From: Lytechinus pictus
Taxonomy: Eukaryota
NCBI RefSeq assembly: GCF_037042905.1
Contig: NC_087245.1
Location: 13,580,001 to 13,644,000 of the forward strand
Length of the DNA stretch: 64,000 nt
Direction: 5' to 3'
Shown here piece by piece: positions 1 through 13,287 of this stretch. The stretch's first letter is position 1. Each line of letters starts with the position of its first letter. A model generated the notes under the pieces. The model was not told the origin of the DNA. It did not search any database and saw nothing but the letters and a program-made list of their open reading frames with translations. The position numbers and the translations under genes were made by a program.

Positions 1-70
1 GCTTGTTGCATTCAAGGAAATTAATCATGCCAGGTACCGTTTCATCTCACCTGGGTTGAGTGCAGCATAA
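1..70 (-). mobile_element. Fragment of the same tRNA-SINE family
   Basis: Reverse complement TGCTGCACTCAACCCAGGTGAG...GGTACCTGGCATGATTAATTTCCTTGAAT matches 41937-41995. Confidence 0.7.
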
Positions 71-1096
71 TAATGATGCAGTGGAAACGACTGCCCCTAC
101 GGTTTGTCAAGTATTGAAATATGAGGACAAAAAGAAAAAGAGAGAATACTACACTTTGGTAAGATTAGAAAGTTTAGAATGGGATGCCTGTATAATTCAC
201 ATTTTTAATGAATACTTTCATTTTTGAAAAGCTTAATACATGCTTCAAAGCCTGTATAAATCAGAAGCTTATATGTTTAGGCTTGATATAAGGCTTGAAA
301 TCAATGTAGATAGAATGGAACAATGTATCACAATTCGCATGTTATTACGTGAAAGGTGCATTCTAAAATCTAATATGGAAAGGAAAAATTGTCCAATTCT
401 AAACAGTTGGGTCCTAAGGGGTTGAAATTGAAGTATACAATTTTCATTGTTTTATACTTGTACATTATATATCTGTATTAGTGTCTAAATGTATTTGATT
501 ATTTGAATAATAACATTCTTGACATTAACAAGAGAGTGTGATAAAACTTATCATCAGTCATATTTTTCTATCAAAGAATCGATCTAAAAATCAAAATTAT
601 TTAAAGTGCCTATATAGCCTCCCCTGAGAGGCATTTTGTTCAAATGCGACCACATGGCCAAGTGTGGGTGATGTACTAATACCCGGAAAATGGCGTTTAT
701 AAAGTGTAATCTAAAGCAATGAAATTTGCCCTGTGTTGATCGATGGATGCATAATCCACATCTCAAAACCACGTCATGTAATATCATTTAACATATCTGT
801 TCATTATAAAATTCTACAAGCCCGGCTTTTCACAGCACCCCCCCCCCCTCACCAACCCGTTTGCACATTTAAACTCTTGACGATGTTGTACCTAATTCTT
901 CCAACATGTTTCGATATCATTGCAAGTCATATCAACATGTCGTCAGAAAACGAATTATTGAAATTGTCGCCAACATTAATATTAGGCAAAACAATAGCAA
1001 CAGTAGCAAACCATAAAAAACTTGGTCACGAATGCAATGATTTGATTTAGCATTCTGCTGATTCATATTATCTGCTTCTCTTTCATAATACTACAG

Positions 1097-2999
1097 GGAA
1101 AAAACATGGTGGATGCGGCTAAGTCAGCAGATGTGAAGCATGTCGTGATTATTGGATCTAAATCCGTTAAGAAACTTTTGAATAAAGACGTGCCAAGCAT
1201 GGACGATTTAGCAGAAATAGAAGAATATTTGTTTGCATCGGGTCTATCGGCTACTTCGCTGCATTTGGCAATGCCCATGGGCTTTTTCATGGCGTTTCTG
1301 CAGAAGTCAGAAGACGGGAAAATCATAATGAGTAATTATCAAATACACTTTAACTTGTGTTTAGAATTTGAAGGTCCATAAAAAAACCAACAGTCTAATC
1401 GTGTTATATATCGCGGTGTCACATTAGACCATGATAAATCTCTGACTAAAGATTGTTCAACCGAATATTTTTCACATCTTATAACTTCTTCATCTAGCAT
1501 TTTTCATAGGATTTTCTCGTTAAATGTTTCGAGTGCATTTTGAGTATTTGAAATACTAATTATCCCCGGATAATTATGATGACCTTTCTTTTCCTTCGTT
1601 CTTCCTACTTCATTTAGGTGTGAACTATCTATGGCGTCACCTGATAAGCCACGGCGTACGCCTCTATCAAGAACAACGTTTATCATAACTAATTTTTTTT
1701 AACGATTATTTAATTGTTTCCCCCGTGAATGGAAAGTTATTCTTCACACGCTCGATATGCATAATTGAATTAACAATTTGATATCAAAATGCAATTTACT
1801 ACTCTACTAAATTTTAATAATTACATAATGTTTTGTAAGCCTGTATTATTCATAATTATTGTGCACTCTCTTATTAGTTTGGTATCTCCCCCTCTCTCTA
1901 TGTCTCTCTCTCTTAAATTTTTCCCATTATTTTTTCTCTCTCTCCATCATTCAGATATTCCTATGGAAGGAAAGAAATTGCATTCATACCAACATAAGGC
2001 AGTAGGGGGACCTGTAGCAGCCATTTTTAACGATCCTGAGAAGTATAAAGGTAAGAGACTATACTACCTATCAAGGGATAGTGATCCGCTTCTGCCAAGT
2101 AAAATCATCAGTAATATTTAACTTAGCTAATGAGGTGGAATATCTCTTTCCTCCTATTTGTTACGTTCCAAACATGATTACTAACCGCACGGTCAGCCCC
2201 CTCCTCCCCCCCGCCCCGAGAATACATCTTACAAAACATCATCCACCAGGTAGACACACACCACTTATTTCTACCAAAATAATGTTTGGCTATTCAGTGT
2301 GATTATGCCAAAAGGGATTTATAGGGTGCCGTGGCTCGTGGCTGAGAATCGAACCCTGTGCTTTCACGCCCAGGTAAATCTAATCGTGTATGAAATTGTG
2401 TTTACGGTTTTTTTTGGGGGATGCGCTGTTTAATGCATACATACACACACACACCCACACCCTCTCCCCCCACACACACAACTTCTCATACACACACACA
2501 TATATATATTTTTTAAGTATATATATATATTCATACCTTGGTCAGCTTGGTCTACAACCGACGCGTCGGTTTCACGCTTTCGGCAATTTTCAGGCAGACT
2601 GATGATTTGACGACTTGGTTGTGTCTGCGTGCTGCGATGGGTCGTCACCACTGATCAGTGTTTCGAATCCGCTGTTTTACAGGGCTTCGTCGTATGTCGG
2701 CGCTGCTTCTTTGAAGATGCATTCGTTTGACGACAGACCTGATATTCTTTTTTTCTACAGCTAATGGTATCTGCTTGAGTATAGGAGGGGGTGGTTTGGG
2801 CTCTTGTGTACGTATGGGCATGGAGCTCCATGGTATAGGGGTATGTCGTTTGGTTTCCTGCAGGGTAGTCGACGGTCACAAGGTTGGTTTGGACCGTAAT
2901 GCGTAAACCCATATGATTGAATACTTAAATTAGATCTTTCAGTGGCTCTACTGCCATATTTATACATATATATATATATATATCCATATTTATATATAT

Positions 3000-3033
<34 letters not shown>

Positions 3034-5076
3034 TTTTTTTTTTTTACATATCGATTATGTGAGGAACATTCAGTTGTCAAAATCACATGGCCAAAAAAAA
3101 GCACCCGATACGTGGATCAATATAAGGGAGACAATTCTAATAGGAAATTTCAGTGTACAAAGACGGTATGATATAAGAGAAACTAGCAGGATTCGGCTTT
3201 ACAAAAGTTGTGTCATAAATAAGAAGCTGCCGGACATAACACATATCAGGCTCTTTAATGTCATGATGATTGTGTTCATATTATTTTGTCGTTTATTAAT
3301 TTGTACACCTATTGCAGGTCTGACAATTGGACTCGCCGGTGACCACTTGACCATCCAAGAGTGTTGTGACGTCATCAATAAGTTACGTGGTGATGATACT
3401 ATTTCAGCTGGAAAGGTAAGATTTTACATGAAAAGGCTCAGCAACATTTGTGTTGTGTGTGCAAAGTCTATGCAATACAAGGTGGCAAGCAATTTTCTGC
3501 ATATTCATTTTCGCTTGGTGACCCCAAACTGCGGCCAAATAAAAATTAATAAGCAAAATAATTACCGATGGTGAGCGACCTGTGGACGATTTCACGAAAG
3601 TTGTCATCACTGGGTCAGATGCATAAAACATGCTAGCAAAGCAAAATATCATGCCTTAGCAATTGCTTTAATTCGTATAGTATGCATAAACCTTTGCTTG
3701 TTCTTAATCCCGTTTCCTGCCTTCAGAAAGCAATTGCAAGCGTTTTGAACAATAGCCACGTCCCGCTGCAGCCCGTTGGTGCGAACACGACTCGACAAAG
3801 GCTGGACTCGAATGCAGAGGTGTGGCGGACTGGCAGTGCAAAATATCAATCTCATGTAACATCTTTTCCTTAGTCGTGTGTCAAACTTTTCCTTTAACTG
3901 GTTTCTAATTACTGAATTTGTATAGTTTGATTTCGGTTTGCTATAGGAAGATATTGTGGAGTTCTCTCTCAGCTGCATAGCCATGATTATAAAACGCGAA
4001 CGCCCTGATCCGGGGAATCCGGGCCCTGATCAAGCAAATGTTCAAGCTGCTCTGACGGAGCTTGAAACCCCCAAGCAAATGCTTAAACACACAAACGAAA
4101 TGTTCGCTGTATGCATACGCTTTTTAGCAATCGTCAAGTAAATGTTACCAGGCAGTTAGCAATTGCTTAAGGTTACTAGCAAAAGCATTTGCTCGTTCAT
4201 TTTTATGCGTGCGGAACCAAGCAAAGGCCAAGCAAAAGCCTAGCAAAGGCAATTGCTACTTTTTTATGCATCTGACCCACTGCCTAGTTGGCATAATCCG
4301 TAATAATCACTTTCAGAAATATCAAATATTTGAGAAATAATCCCTCTTTTGTCCATCAGCAGCGATTGCGTGACAATACAGCCGGTATTTTTACGGTTAC
4401 GCTTATCCAGTTATCCTAAATCTGTATTCACCACTGATGATGCAACCATAGCCCTGGGAAGCGGGGTGCTGATCTGAAGCACCACCAAGATTTCCCTAGG
4501 GGTGTTGCGTGTATTATTCATCATAGGCAGCACCCCCTGGAAAAATGTTACGTAATTTAAATAGCAAATATTGAACCGAAATTAACGTTCATTTTGTTGC
4601 AAAACTTTTTTTTTGCTTCACTTCCTGAAAACCTTTTTTTAATGTCAAATTTAAACCGGCACCCCTGTTGTGTTAACAAAAGTCGTTCCCAGGGCCTTGG
4701 ATGCTATCAGTTTGTTATAGCATCAAGTCATAATTATTTGGCATTATCATAATGTATTTTGGATCATCGTTTGATAAATTGTCCTTACGAAGTCACGAAT
4801 GACAGATCCACTGACAGTAATCGGATATCCTATCATGATTTTTTTTCAACCTCTTTGTTATATTAGATGACAGCTGAGGAGTTTGTTGAGAGTCAACCAC
4901 CTGCCAAACGACCAAGTGCGGAGGTCATTTGCACGATGTGTGAATTTTATCACTCAGATCACCCTTCTTTCGACATAGAGAAAACGAAGGAACTGCATCC
5001 AGAGACCATGAACTTTGAACAATTCATGTCAAGAGAAATCTACAAATTAGAAAAAATGTTGAAGTACTTGGATTAA
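1097..5076 (+). CDS. NMRAL1: NmrA-like family protein, divergent paralog A; 5'-partial (exons 3-6: 1097-1331, 1955-2050, 3318-3415, 4867-5076)
   Basis: All exons have AG/GT boundaries with consistent phases. Exon sizes 235/96/98/210 match paralog B (241/96/98/204). The peptides GKNMVDAAKSADVKHVV, VAAIFNDPEKYKGLTIGLAGD and TKELHPETMNFEQF align to the NmrA-like family and to B and C. Confidence 0.88.
2965..3032. repeat. (TA)n microsatellite
   Basis: Seen directly in the sequence. Confidence 0.9.
3612..4278. mobile_element. MITE, PIF/Harbinger-like
   Basis: TIR GGGTCAGATGCATAAAA / TTTTATGCATCTGACCC. ACT is duplicated on both sides (could be read as 5-bp CACTG). Confidence 0.8.
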
Positions 5077-5354
5077 ATTGGTTGCGTCCATCTGCAATTT
5101 TGTTAAAAATCAAACATAGGAAGCTATATGAAAGTTATATCCTTTAGCCAAGGCACTCGGAGCTGTTATTTCCCTAAACGCGCCTGAATACTTGGTATTA
5201 GAGTAAATGTGCGAGGTGGAGCGGCTCGGACCAAGTCTAGGTCTAGACGTTAGTAATTACTTGTTCAGAAAAACCCTACACCCACTCATATTTGCTGTAT
5301 ATAGGCCTAAGCAATGATTGAGTGTAGAGTTTTATGAACAAATAAAATCAACAG

Positions 5355-5700
5355 TGACATTTATATAGCGCTTCATATTTTGTGTTTCTAAGTACCTTAC
5401 TTGTAATTATCATTACCCCGGTCGCTCGTTAGATCCATCACTTTTTCACAAATAAAGTGCACCATCTCCACTCCCTGGGGAGCATCCAGGTCAGGCAATC
5501 ATTCTTAACCAGTGCACATGCCATTCTAATCACTTCAAGTCTTACCAGGAACCCATATAATACGTGGGTGGAAAGAGACAAACGTGGATAAGTGCCTTGC
5601 ATGCCGAATGCCATTACAGGATTTACAGCCTAGTGGAATTCGAATCCTCGATACTTGATTTAAGAGTCAAGTGACTTAACCACTACACAACAACACCTCC
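5355..5700 (-). mobile_element. tRNA-derived SINE (related family)
   Basis: - strand GTAGTGGTTAAG (A-box-like), GATTCGAATTCC (B-box-like), CTCCCCAGGGAGTGGAG and a GCGCTATATAAATG tail. Confidence 0.7.
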
Positions 5701-5816
5701 ACTAACTAACGTCTAGATCTAGACCAGTTTAGTCCGTGATCACTGCTGTAAATGCTTTCTGCCGTTTAAGTCTACTTTCAAACTATGTTCGGCAGAGATA
5801 AGCAGCGCGTGAGGAC

Positions 5817-5963
5817 TATGTCAAAAGCTATAAAGGTAATGGGGTTTTCTCGGATATACAGGGTGGTTCATAAAATATATTCGTATGCATATGTCAAAAG
5901 CTATAAAGGTAATGGGGTTTTCTCGGATATACAGGGTGGTTCATAAAATATATTCGTATGCAT
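5817..5963 (+). repeat. Perfect 73-bp tandem duplication
   Basis: TATGTCAAAAGCTATAAAGG...ATTCGTATGCA occurs twice, starting at 5817 and 5890. Confidence 0.9.
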
Positions 5964-6629
5964 TTCTCCTTCAAGATTGATTTGTAAATCTAGAACGACT
6001 GCATGATTTAATAATCAAATCATATACATATGTTACCAGTAGTTACCGCATAGCTAGTACCAGTACTTCGGCAGTATATAAGCCATGTGTATTTATGATA
6101 GAACGTATATAATTTAAACTCATGTATATTTAAGAAAAGGCGTCATTGAATAAATATTTCTTCCTAATAAGGTGATGCTCGGAATTTTTTAACATTTTGA
6201 GGTAACATTTTAAAACTTAATTACAGTTCTTTAATATATATCTTTTTATTTATGTGTCTTTGGAACAGCAAGAATAGTACATGATACCCAACTTGGGTGC
6301 ATAATAATATTCTATTCGTGTTGTATTACTTGTAGTATCGGTACCATATTTGCAGAAAGTTATTGCTCATTCTATTTCTCAATTTTACATTACAACCTAA
6401 CGTGCTTCTCCTTTATTAAAATGGCGTGTAATATTATCAGAGAAAATAGTGAGTCGCTCGAGTAAAATTGAGTCAATTAGTACGTATAGTGAAACACTTT
6501 GTCGCAAAATGTGTCACATGGACTCATTCGTATCAAGTGTTTCAATGAACGGACAAGTGAATCAATCTTTTCTGTGTATTTTTTTAAGGTTTAACCAATT
6601 GTTGGTCAAGTATGTTAAAAAATGGAGTA

Positions 6630-8960
6630 TAAAATAGCCGCTGTTATTTACAAATGGACATATAATATCCATCAAGGATATGGTTTTGATGTCTAAACCA
6701 TGATTTTTAAAGTCAGAAAATTAATAACAAGGACAGTCAGTGGTCTAGTATGTCGAAAAATCCGAGATGGCGTCAAGAAATCTGAGTCTAAAATGACTGC
6801 TGTCACTTAGAATGGATAAGGACATTATGATTTCGGTATCCACTCTGTGGTTTCATGATTAAAATAATACTTTAGACTGGTTACAAAGATATGCACTTGT
6901 CCATTTTGCCTAAAAATCCAAGAGGGTTTTCAAAATGGCATCTAAAACGACTCCTTACACTCAATAATGGTCAGAGTTCATACGATATAAATCTGTGAGA
7001 AAAAAATTTTGGTGTCTACACGGTGGTATAAAGGGTCAGATAATACATTCGACAGGTAACAAGAATATTTAGTTTTCCAATTTGTCCAAAAACCAATGTA
7101 GATTTAAAAATTTCATCAAAATGGGTGCTCATGAATCAATATGATAACTTATCCCATAGGCACAAAAATATATCTCACAGGTGGATATTCGATATATCCA
7201 CTTTTAAGTAACAATAGTCATTTTTAGAACCCATTTTTGGAAGCCAACTTAGATTTTAAGGCAAAATGGATAACTGCATAATCATAGTAACCAGTCTTTA
7301 AAGTTGAATTAAGAAGGGGGTGAGTTTCCATTCGCAGATACAACTTCAACTGCAGTTTATTCCATTATGACTTGTTTCGCCACGGACACAGTCCCGAACG
7401 AAAACAAGGCATTAAAATCGTCTAAAATCGCTACATAGAAGAACAGTTTTAACAATGTAGGGACATATTATTGATTATATGACTTTGAATAATTATTACT
7501 TTCAATATCGTTCACATAAAATCAAAAGCGACAAAATGAAGTTTTGACACAAAAGTAAATATGAAGGCGTTCGTGCATAGCACACAAAACGGCACTGCCT
7601 TGTTCACTACACCGGGACCGAATACCCCCGTGACGTCACAGTCAGAGAACACCCGTCTCGGTAGGCATTGCAGGAGCGAACTCGGGGAAAATGGGTAGGG
7701 ATAAATCGTTCAAATTCACTATTTTGAAAAAAGAAAATAGGGGGTCGAATCACCTCCTAGTGTTTGGGGGGGTTGTAAGGTTGCTATTAATGTAAATATC
7801 TCAATATTTGGAATCGTCTTCTTAATTCAACTTTAAGTATTTTTAACCCTTGGCATACTAGTGTAGACATCAAAATAATATCCCCAGGTGTATGTTTAAT
7901 GTTCTATATCCACTTTTAAGTCATCTAAGACCCCATTCTTGGAAGCAATCTTGGATTTGTTGACATACTTGACACCCGACTGTTCTTTCAACTTGACCCT
8001 TTAAACTCTAGCGTAGACACCAAATCAAATCAACAATATGCATTTCTAGTGAACTATGTCTACTTTTAAATAACCACAGTCAATATAGAACCTGCATTTT
8101 GGAGGCCATATCAGATTTTTTTCATATTACCAGACCACTGACCATCCTTAACTTGTCCTAATGTATTATTTGACTCTTGAAATTAGTGGTTTCGACACCA
8201 AATTACATCTCCCAGGCCGATATGAAATAAGCTATGTCCGCTTTTATAAATAAGTATCAGCAGCCAATTTAGAATCAATTTTTGGAAGCCATCTTAGATT
8301 TTTGACAAACCAGACCATTGACTATCCATGTAACTTGTCCTAATGTATTATTTGACCCTTGAAACCAGTGGTTTAGACACCAAATGACATCTCCCAGGCC
8401 GATATAAAATGAACTATGTCCGCTATAAGTAGCAGCAGCCATTTTAAGATCAATTTTTGGAAGCCATCTTGGATTTGTGGACACACCAGACCACTGACTG
8501 TCCTTGTAACTTATCCTAATAATGCTTGACCCTTGAAACCAGTGGTTTAAACATCAAAATCACATTTCCCTGGCCGATGTAGAATGAGCTATGTCTGCTT
8601 TAAGTATAGCAGCCATTTCAGAATAAATTTTTGGAAGCCATCATTAATTTTTGGACACACCAGACCACTCACTGTCCTTACTCCCCCTTAAAATCATGGA
8701 ATTGAAAGCAAAGCAAAGCCGCTTACGTTAAGTAATAGATGAATTGTGGATTTTTAGCACAGTACGGCAGCCATTTTTGATGCCATCTTGGATTTTCCAG
8801 GTACCCTGGAGTCCTTATATTTACTCTACCCCGTGTCAAAAAATTATTTTACCTCCTAGACCATGGAGTATGAAACGAAATAGTATTCTAGGGTGGCTAA
8901 TGAGTGAGTCATATATTAATTAATTTTCAGTGAATGGTTGCCATCTTGGATGTTATCTTG
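6630..8960. repeat. ~175-bp minisatellite array in two opposed arms (foldback-like)
   Basis: GAAGCCATCTTGGATTT-type units at about 7942, 8102, 8285, 8460 and 8634. Reverse-oriented units (AATCCGAGATGGC, AATCCAAGAGGG) lie in 6630-7170. Boundaries approximate. Confidence 0.7.
7302..7832. mobile_element. Kolobok-like MITE nested in the minisatellite
   Basis: 15-bp TIR AGTTGAATTAAGAAG / CTTCTTAATTCAACT with TTAA on both sides. Confidence 0.8.
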
Positions 8961-11069
8961 AAAATAACCACTTTCCTCCATGCGGATTTTTGTAGATTTT
9001 TAGTATAATATTCATGAGGTCAAATAGTACTAAAACTGTTGAAAAACAAATTGTTGCAAATTTTCCGGGTAAGGGTATTTTTGGTCGTACATTGACTGGT
9101 ATGTAGGCCCTACCTTAGAAAGTGAGGCACAGTGCAGGTTTGTAAGTTCGGAAGTTCTCTAAATCTTGTGAAGATCAATGAATAAAACATTACATAATTT
9201 TTTATTTCAATACTGATTATGTGCATGTGTGTGCGTATGTGGTGATCTAACTGGAAGTCTTCAGATATGAGCATTCTAGCTGTCTAAGGATGATAAATAT
9301 ACCATAAAGCAATTCCATTTTTAACCAGTCGCAAAATTGCTAATACACCTGATTTTAGGGGGTCTTGAGATAGGCGATCCCCACCCTCAGGCAGTTGGTG
9401 AGGGTCGGGAGAATTTGAATGCTATCCCTTCCTGATAGATTGGACCCAAGTGAATCCAAAATGCAAAAATCAGTTTTGGCACAAAAGTCCTACAGCAGCT
9501 GTGTCATGACATACCGTACCACACTAATATCATCATGATAAGTCATGGCGCCATCTAGTGTTGTAGTAAGGTTTTTACTGCATAAAATCCTGAAATGGAG
9601 TTAATTTTTACATCAATTGACCAATAATAATCATATGAATTACATGTGATGTATTCCTCTGTTATTGGACTGTATAACAAGAAATATTCATTTCATTTTG
9701 TAATCTTTTTGTCCTAATTCTAGTGCGAAAAAGGGGGGAAATTACATTTTGGGGTAATATTTTACAATTTTGGGTCATTTTTCTTAAAGTCCGCCCCCAT
9801 ATGGTAAAAGTGAAAAAAACATTGACATCAAAACATCATCAAATATTCATTCTTGTACACCTCAAACAACTTAAAATTAAAATTGGCAAAGAAAAGTGAG
9901 AAATAAGGTTGAAAACAATAGATTATCCTATTAGGCTTTGTACAGGCCAATATGGCGCCAAAAAGTGAGTGTGGTGTGAGGGTGGGTGCGTCTCTATGTC
10001 GAATGATGGTTAGATGTGTTTCTGTGTGCACACAAGTTACTTTTTTCACCCAGCTACTTGGCGCAACTGAAATTTTACGATCTTCTGGAGATTGCCTCGT
10101 AGTCAGTCAGTCATGCATGCAAATATCCATATGAAATAGGTACCAAAGTGAGCGGGGGATAACTCTTTCATGATATATCAATAAATCAATGACTAAATGT
10201 TCATAAATTAGACAAGACAGCTTCAAACCATTTGGAAACTTTTTTCAAACTCACTCTATAGAGAGCGGCCGCGCCTTGATTGCGAAAACTCTCTATTATG
10301 TCAATATTGGTCACTCTAAATAGAAGAATAGTAAAGACACATATAATCTGGTTCGTATGATACGGATTGTTTTATTATGAATAACTCATAATTGGGAACC
10401 TTGTCCTTCTTCTGACATTTAGTCTTATTCATTAGTATACATAATTAAAACATGAATTATAAAAACATAACAAAAAAACAAGTCCGATTACAAAAGAACT
10501 AATCTCCATTTCATTTTATCTGTATTAAAATATTAGGGAAACGTGGATCAGGGGTTTCAAAAACCACTATCTCCGTTGGAATGATTACTTGACCAGTTCG
10601 TAGTTAGTTCATTGACAATTTTTGTCATATGACCTTTCATTTCTTTCATTATGATATTACGTAAGCTTTTCTTACATAGTAGGAATAGACCAGGTGACTA
10701 GAACAGCACATCAATGAAGGTATTTGTTGCATTTCTACTTTGAATGCTTATTAGAGCATGTTGTACAAATGTACTTGGCAAACTGTGAAATATACCAGTC
10801 ATTCGTGGACGCATTTTTTTGTGGATGTAAATTAAAAACACAATTCAAAAGAATATATCAATAATCATGACATCAAAGTTGGTGCTTATCTCATTAAATT
10901 TTAAACCACCATGTCACTTTAGTACCAATGACCTTCCTCTTCCTCTGATCATGCGCAGAATCTTCTGATCATGCGCAGAGTGGAACTACGAACTGACTTA
11001 TTGACGCAGATTTCATATGACTTATTCTGAACATATTTATTATACAATTGGAGATAAGATGTTCTTTAA

Positions 11070-11911
11070 GGGAGAATGAAACCCTTGAAATAACTTGAAT
11101 TGATTCAAGAGAGAAAAATCAAAGAAAGAGATCAATGAAAGTTTGAGAAAGATTGAATGAATAACGAGAAAGTAATGAACATTTTAATATCAATGAATCC
11201 TCTCAATGGCAATGCGACCAAGAATCTGTGACAAACTTATCAATTTCTTTAGTACATTAGCACTTAAATTTTCTTCTTAATCTAGTCTATCGCAAGATCA
11301 GGGATTCTTGTCTTATGAGAAGGCAGGTAATACAGATTTCTCAACATTATATAATGGATGAATAGATTGTTCTATCAGTAGAATGAGCAAAAATAAATGT
11401 TTTGGGGTATATTTTCAGTGTCTATAAGGCAGAATTGTACATAATGTGACATCACAGACCTTGTTTGCATTGCCAATAGAAGGATCTGTATCGTTAATAT
11501 GACATTAGTGTATGTTCTCGACATTCAATGTTCACAACCAATAACGTAATGAGCAAAAAATAGCATGATACACGTATTATATCCCGAGCAAGCAAAAACT
11601 TAGACCTGTTTAATATGAAAATCTAATTTTATGTTAGATTGTGACATGACAATCAGAATATAATATCACACTTTACCCATTTTCCTTTACCTTTCTCTCT
11701 CTCTCTTCCTCCTCCTCTTTATTATCTTGGTCATGGAACTTGAGGGGGGCATGGCCTCACGCCCCCTCCCCTCATCTGTACCCCAGTGTTCGTAACTTTC
11801 GTATTGTTTGTCCAATTCTACTCGGAATTTCGTTGATATTATTCTTGATTTTTTTCCCCAAGGTTTTTTTCCCTTTCACGCAAGCTAATTGTTCCATGAT
11901 CTGATTCTCCT
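11070..11911. mobile_element. Degraded Kolobok-like MITE
   Basis: TTAA|GGGAGAATGA ... TGATTCTCCT|TTAG, with imperfect internal inverted similarity. Confidence 0.5.
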
Positions 11912-12169
11912 TTAGATGTTTGCATCGTGATATACTTACATAAGTTAACCATGTGGATAGTCCTTAAAAGGATTGTTAGTATAGTGGAATGAAGAGAGAT
12001 TGATGAGGAGTTAAAGTGAGAAGTGAATGCGTGGAAATCCTAAAATGAGAAGATGATGGATGACATAATGGAGTAATCTTTTCGTGAAATAAGGTAAAGT
12101 TATTAAAATGGCCCAAGAGCAGGTGAAAAATGACGACTTTTAGCTTTAGAAGGGTAAATATCTCTTTCG

Positions 12170-13287
12170 CAGGGGCGGCGGAGCGAAGTTGAAAGTGGTG
12201 GGGGCACAGGGGAAAAGGGCACTATCTTAAACATGGCCGTATGCAGAAATTTTTCGCTGGGGGGCAGCACCCGTAAATTTTTTTGGAAAAAAAATCGAAA
12301 GCGGGGGAGCGAAGCGACTGAGCTTATCATTGACGCGCTTTCTCAATTTGTTAAGTGAAATTTATGGATTTTGTGCATATTTTTGGTGAATTTTGTGAAA
12401 ATCTGCGGTAAAAATGTGAGTTTTCAAAATTTGGAGGGGGGGGGCTGCCCCCGCTGCGTACGGCCATGATCTTAAAACGAAGAAAAATATGACTTCTCTA
12501 CCCCCACTCACATGGCTCATGTAACTTAAGGCACTTAGGTTTATTTTTACATTTTTTCATTCTTTATGCACTTGCAGAAGGAAGCAGAACGGCGCTAAAT
12601 AAAGAATTAAACCAGGCGCTCATCGGGCATGAAAAGTGTGGTTATTCAGGACAACTTATCTGAGATGAAGAACAGGCACCTATATGAGAAGGCAAAGGGG
12701 TGCTCCTTAGCACATAAAGCAGGCCCTTCTCAGGTAAAAGGGGCACAGAACATGTTCGTGGGGGCACTTTTCTTAGGTAAAAAGGGGCACTGATACGAGA
12801 AAGGGAACCTATAAAAAGGCAAAGGGGCACTTGATAACGGCATAAACGGATCCTTTTCAGGTGATAGGGGCACTGATTCGAAAAAGGGCACTTATAAGAA
12901 GGCAAGGGAACACTTGCTCAGACTTAAAACGGGTCCTTCTCAGGTGAAAGGGGTACAGAACACGTTCGTGAGGGGCACTCTTCTTGGGTAAGGGGCACTG
13001 ATACGAGAAAGGACACCTATAAGATGGCAAAAGGGCACTTGCTAACGGCATAAATGGGTCCTTCTCAGGTGAAAGGGGCACAGGACATGTTCGTTAGGGG
13101 CACTTTTCTTAGGTAAAAAGGGGCACTGATTCGAGATATGGCACATGCTTACACAGAAAACGGTTCTTTCTCAGGTGAAAACGGCACATAAATGTTCGTG
13201 AGGAGGCATTTTCCTTGCGTAAAAAGTGCTTTAAAAAGTAGGGGGCACTGTGCCACCCGCCCCCCCCCCCCCCGATCGCCGCCCCTG
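12170..13287. mobile_element. Non-autonomous hAT element with an internal GGGGCAC-rich minisatellite
   Basis: TIR CAGGGGCGGCG / CGCCGCCCCTG; 8-bp TSD CTCTTTCG at 12162-12169 and 13288-13295. Confidence 0.88.
12232..12468. mobile_element. hAT MITE nested inside the 12170-13287 element
   Basis: TIR CATGGCCGTATGCAG / CTGCGTACGGCCATG; 8-bp TSD ATCTTAAA. Confidence 0.88.

Noticed and set aside
12630..13240. CRISPR-like repeat-spacer array (also 22050-22550 and 27603-27971)
   Set aside because: Eukaryotic context, degenerate units with repeated rather than unique spacers, all inside transposons, and no cas genes.
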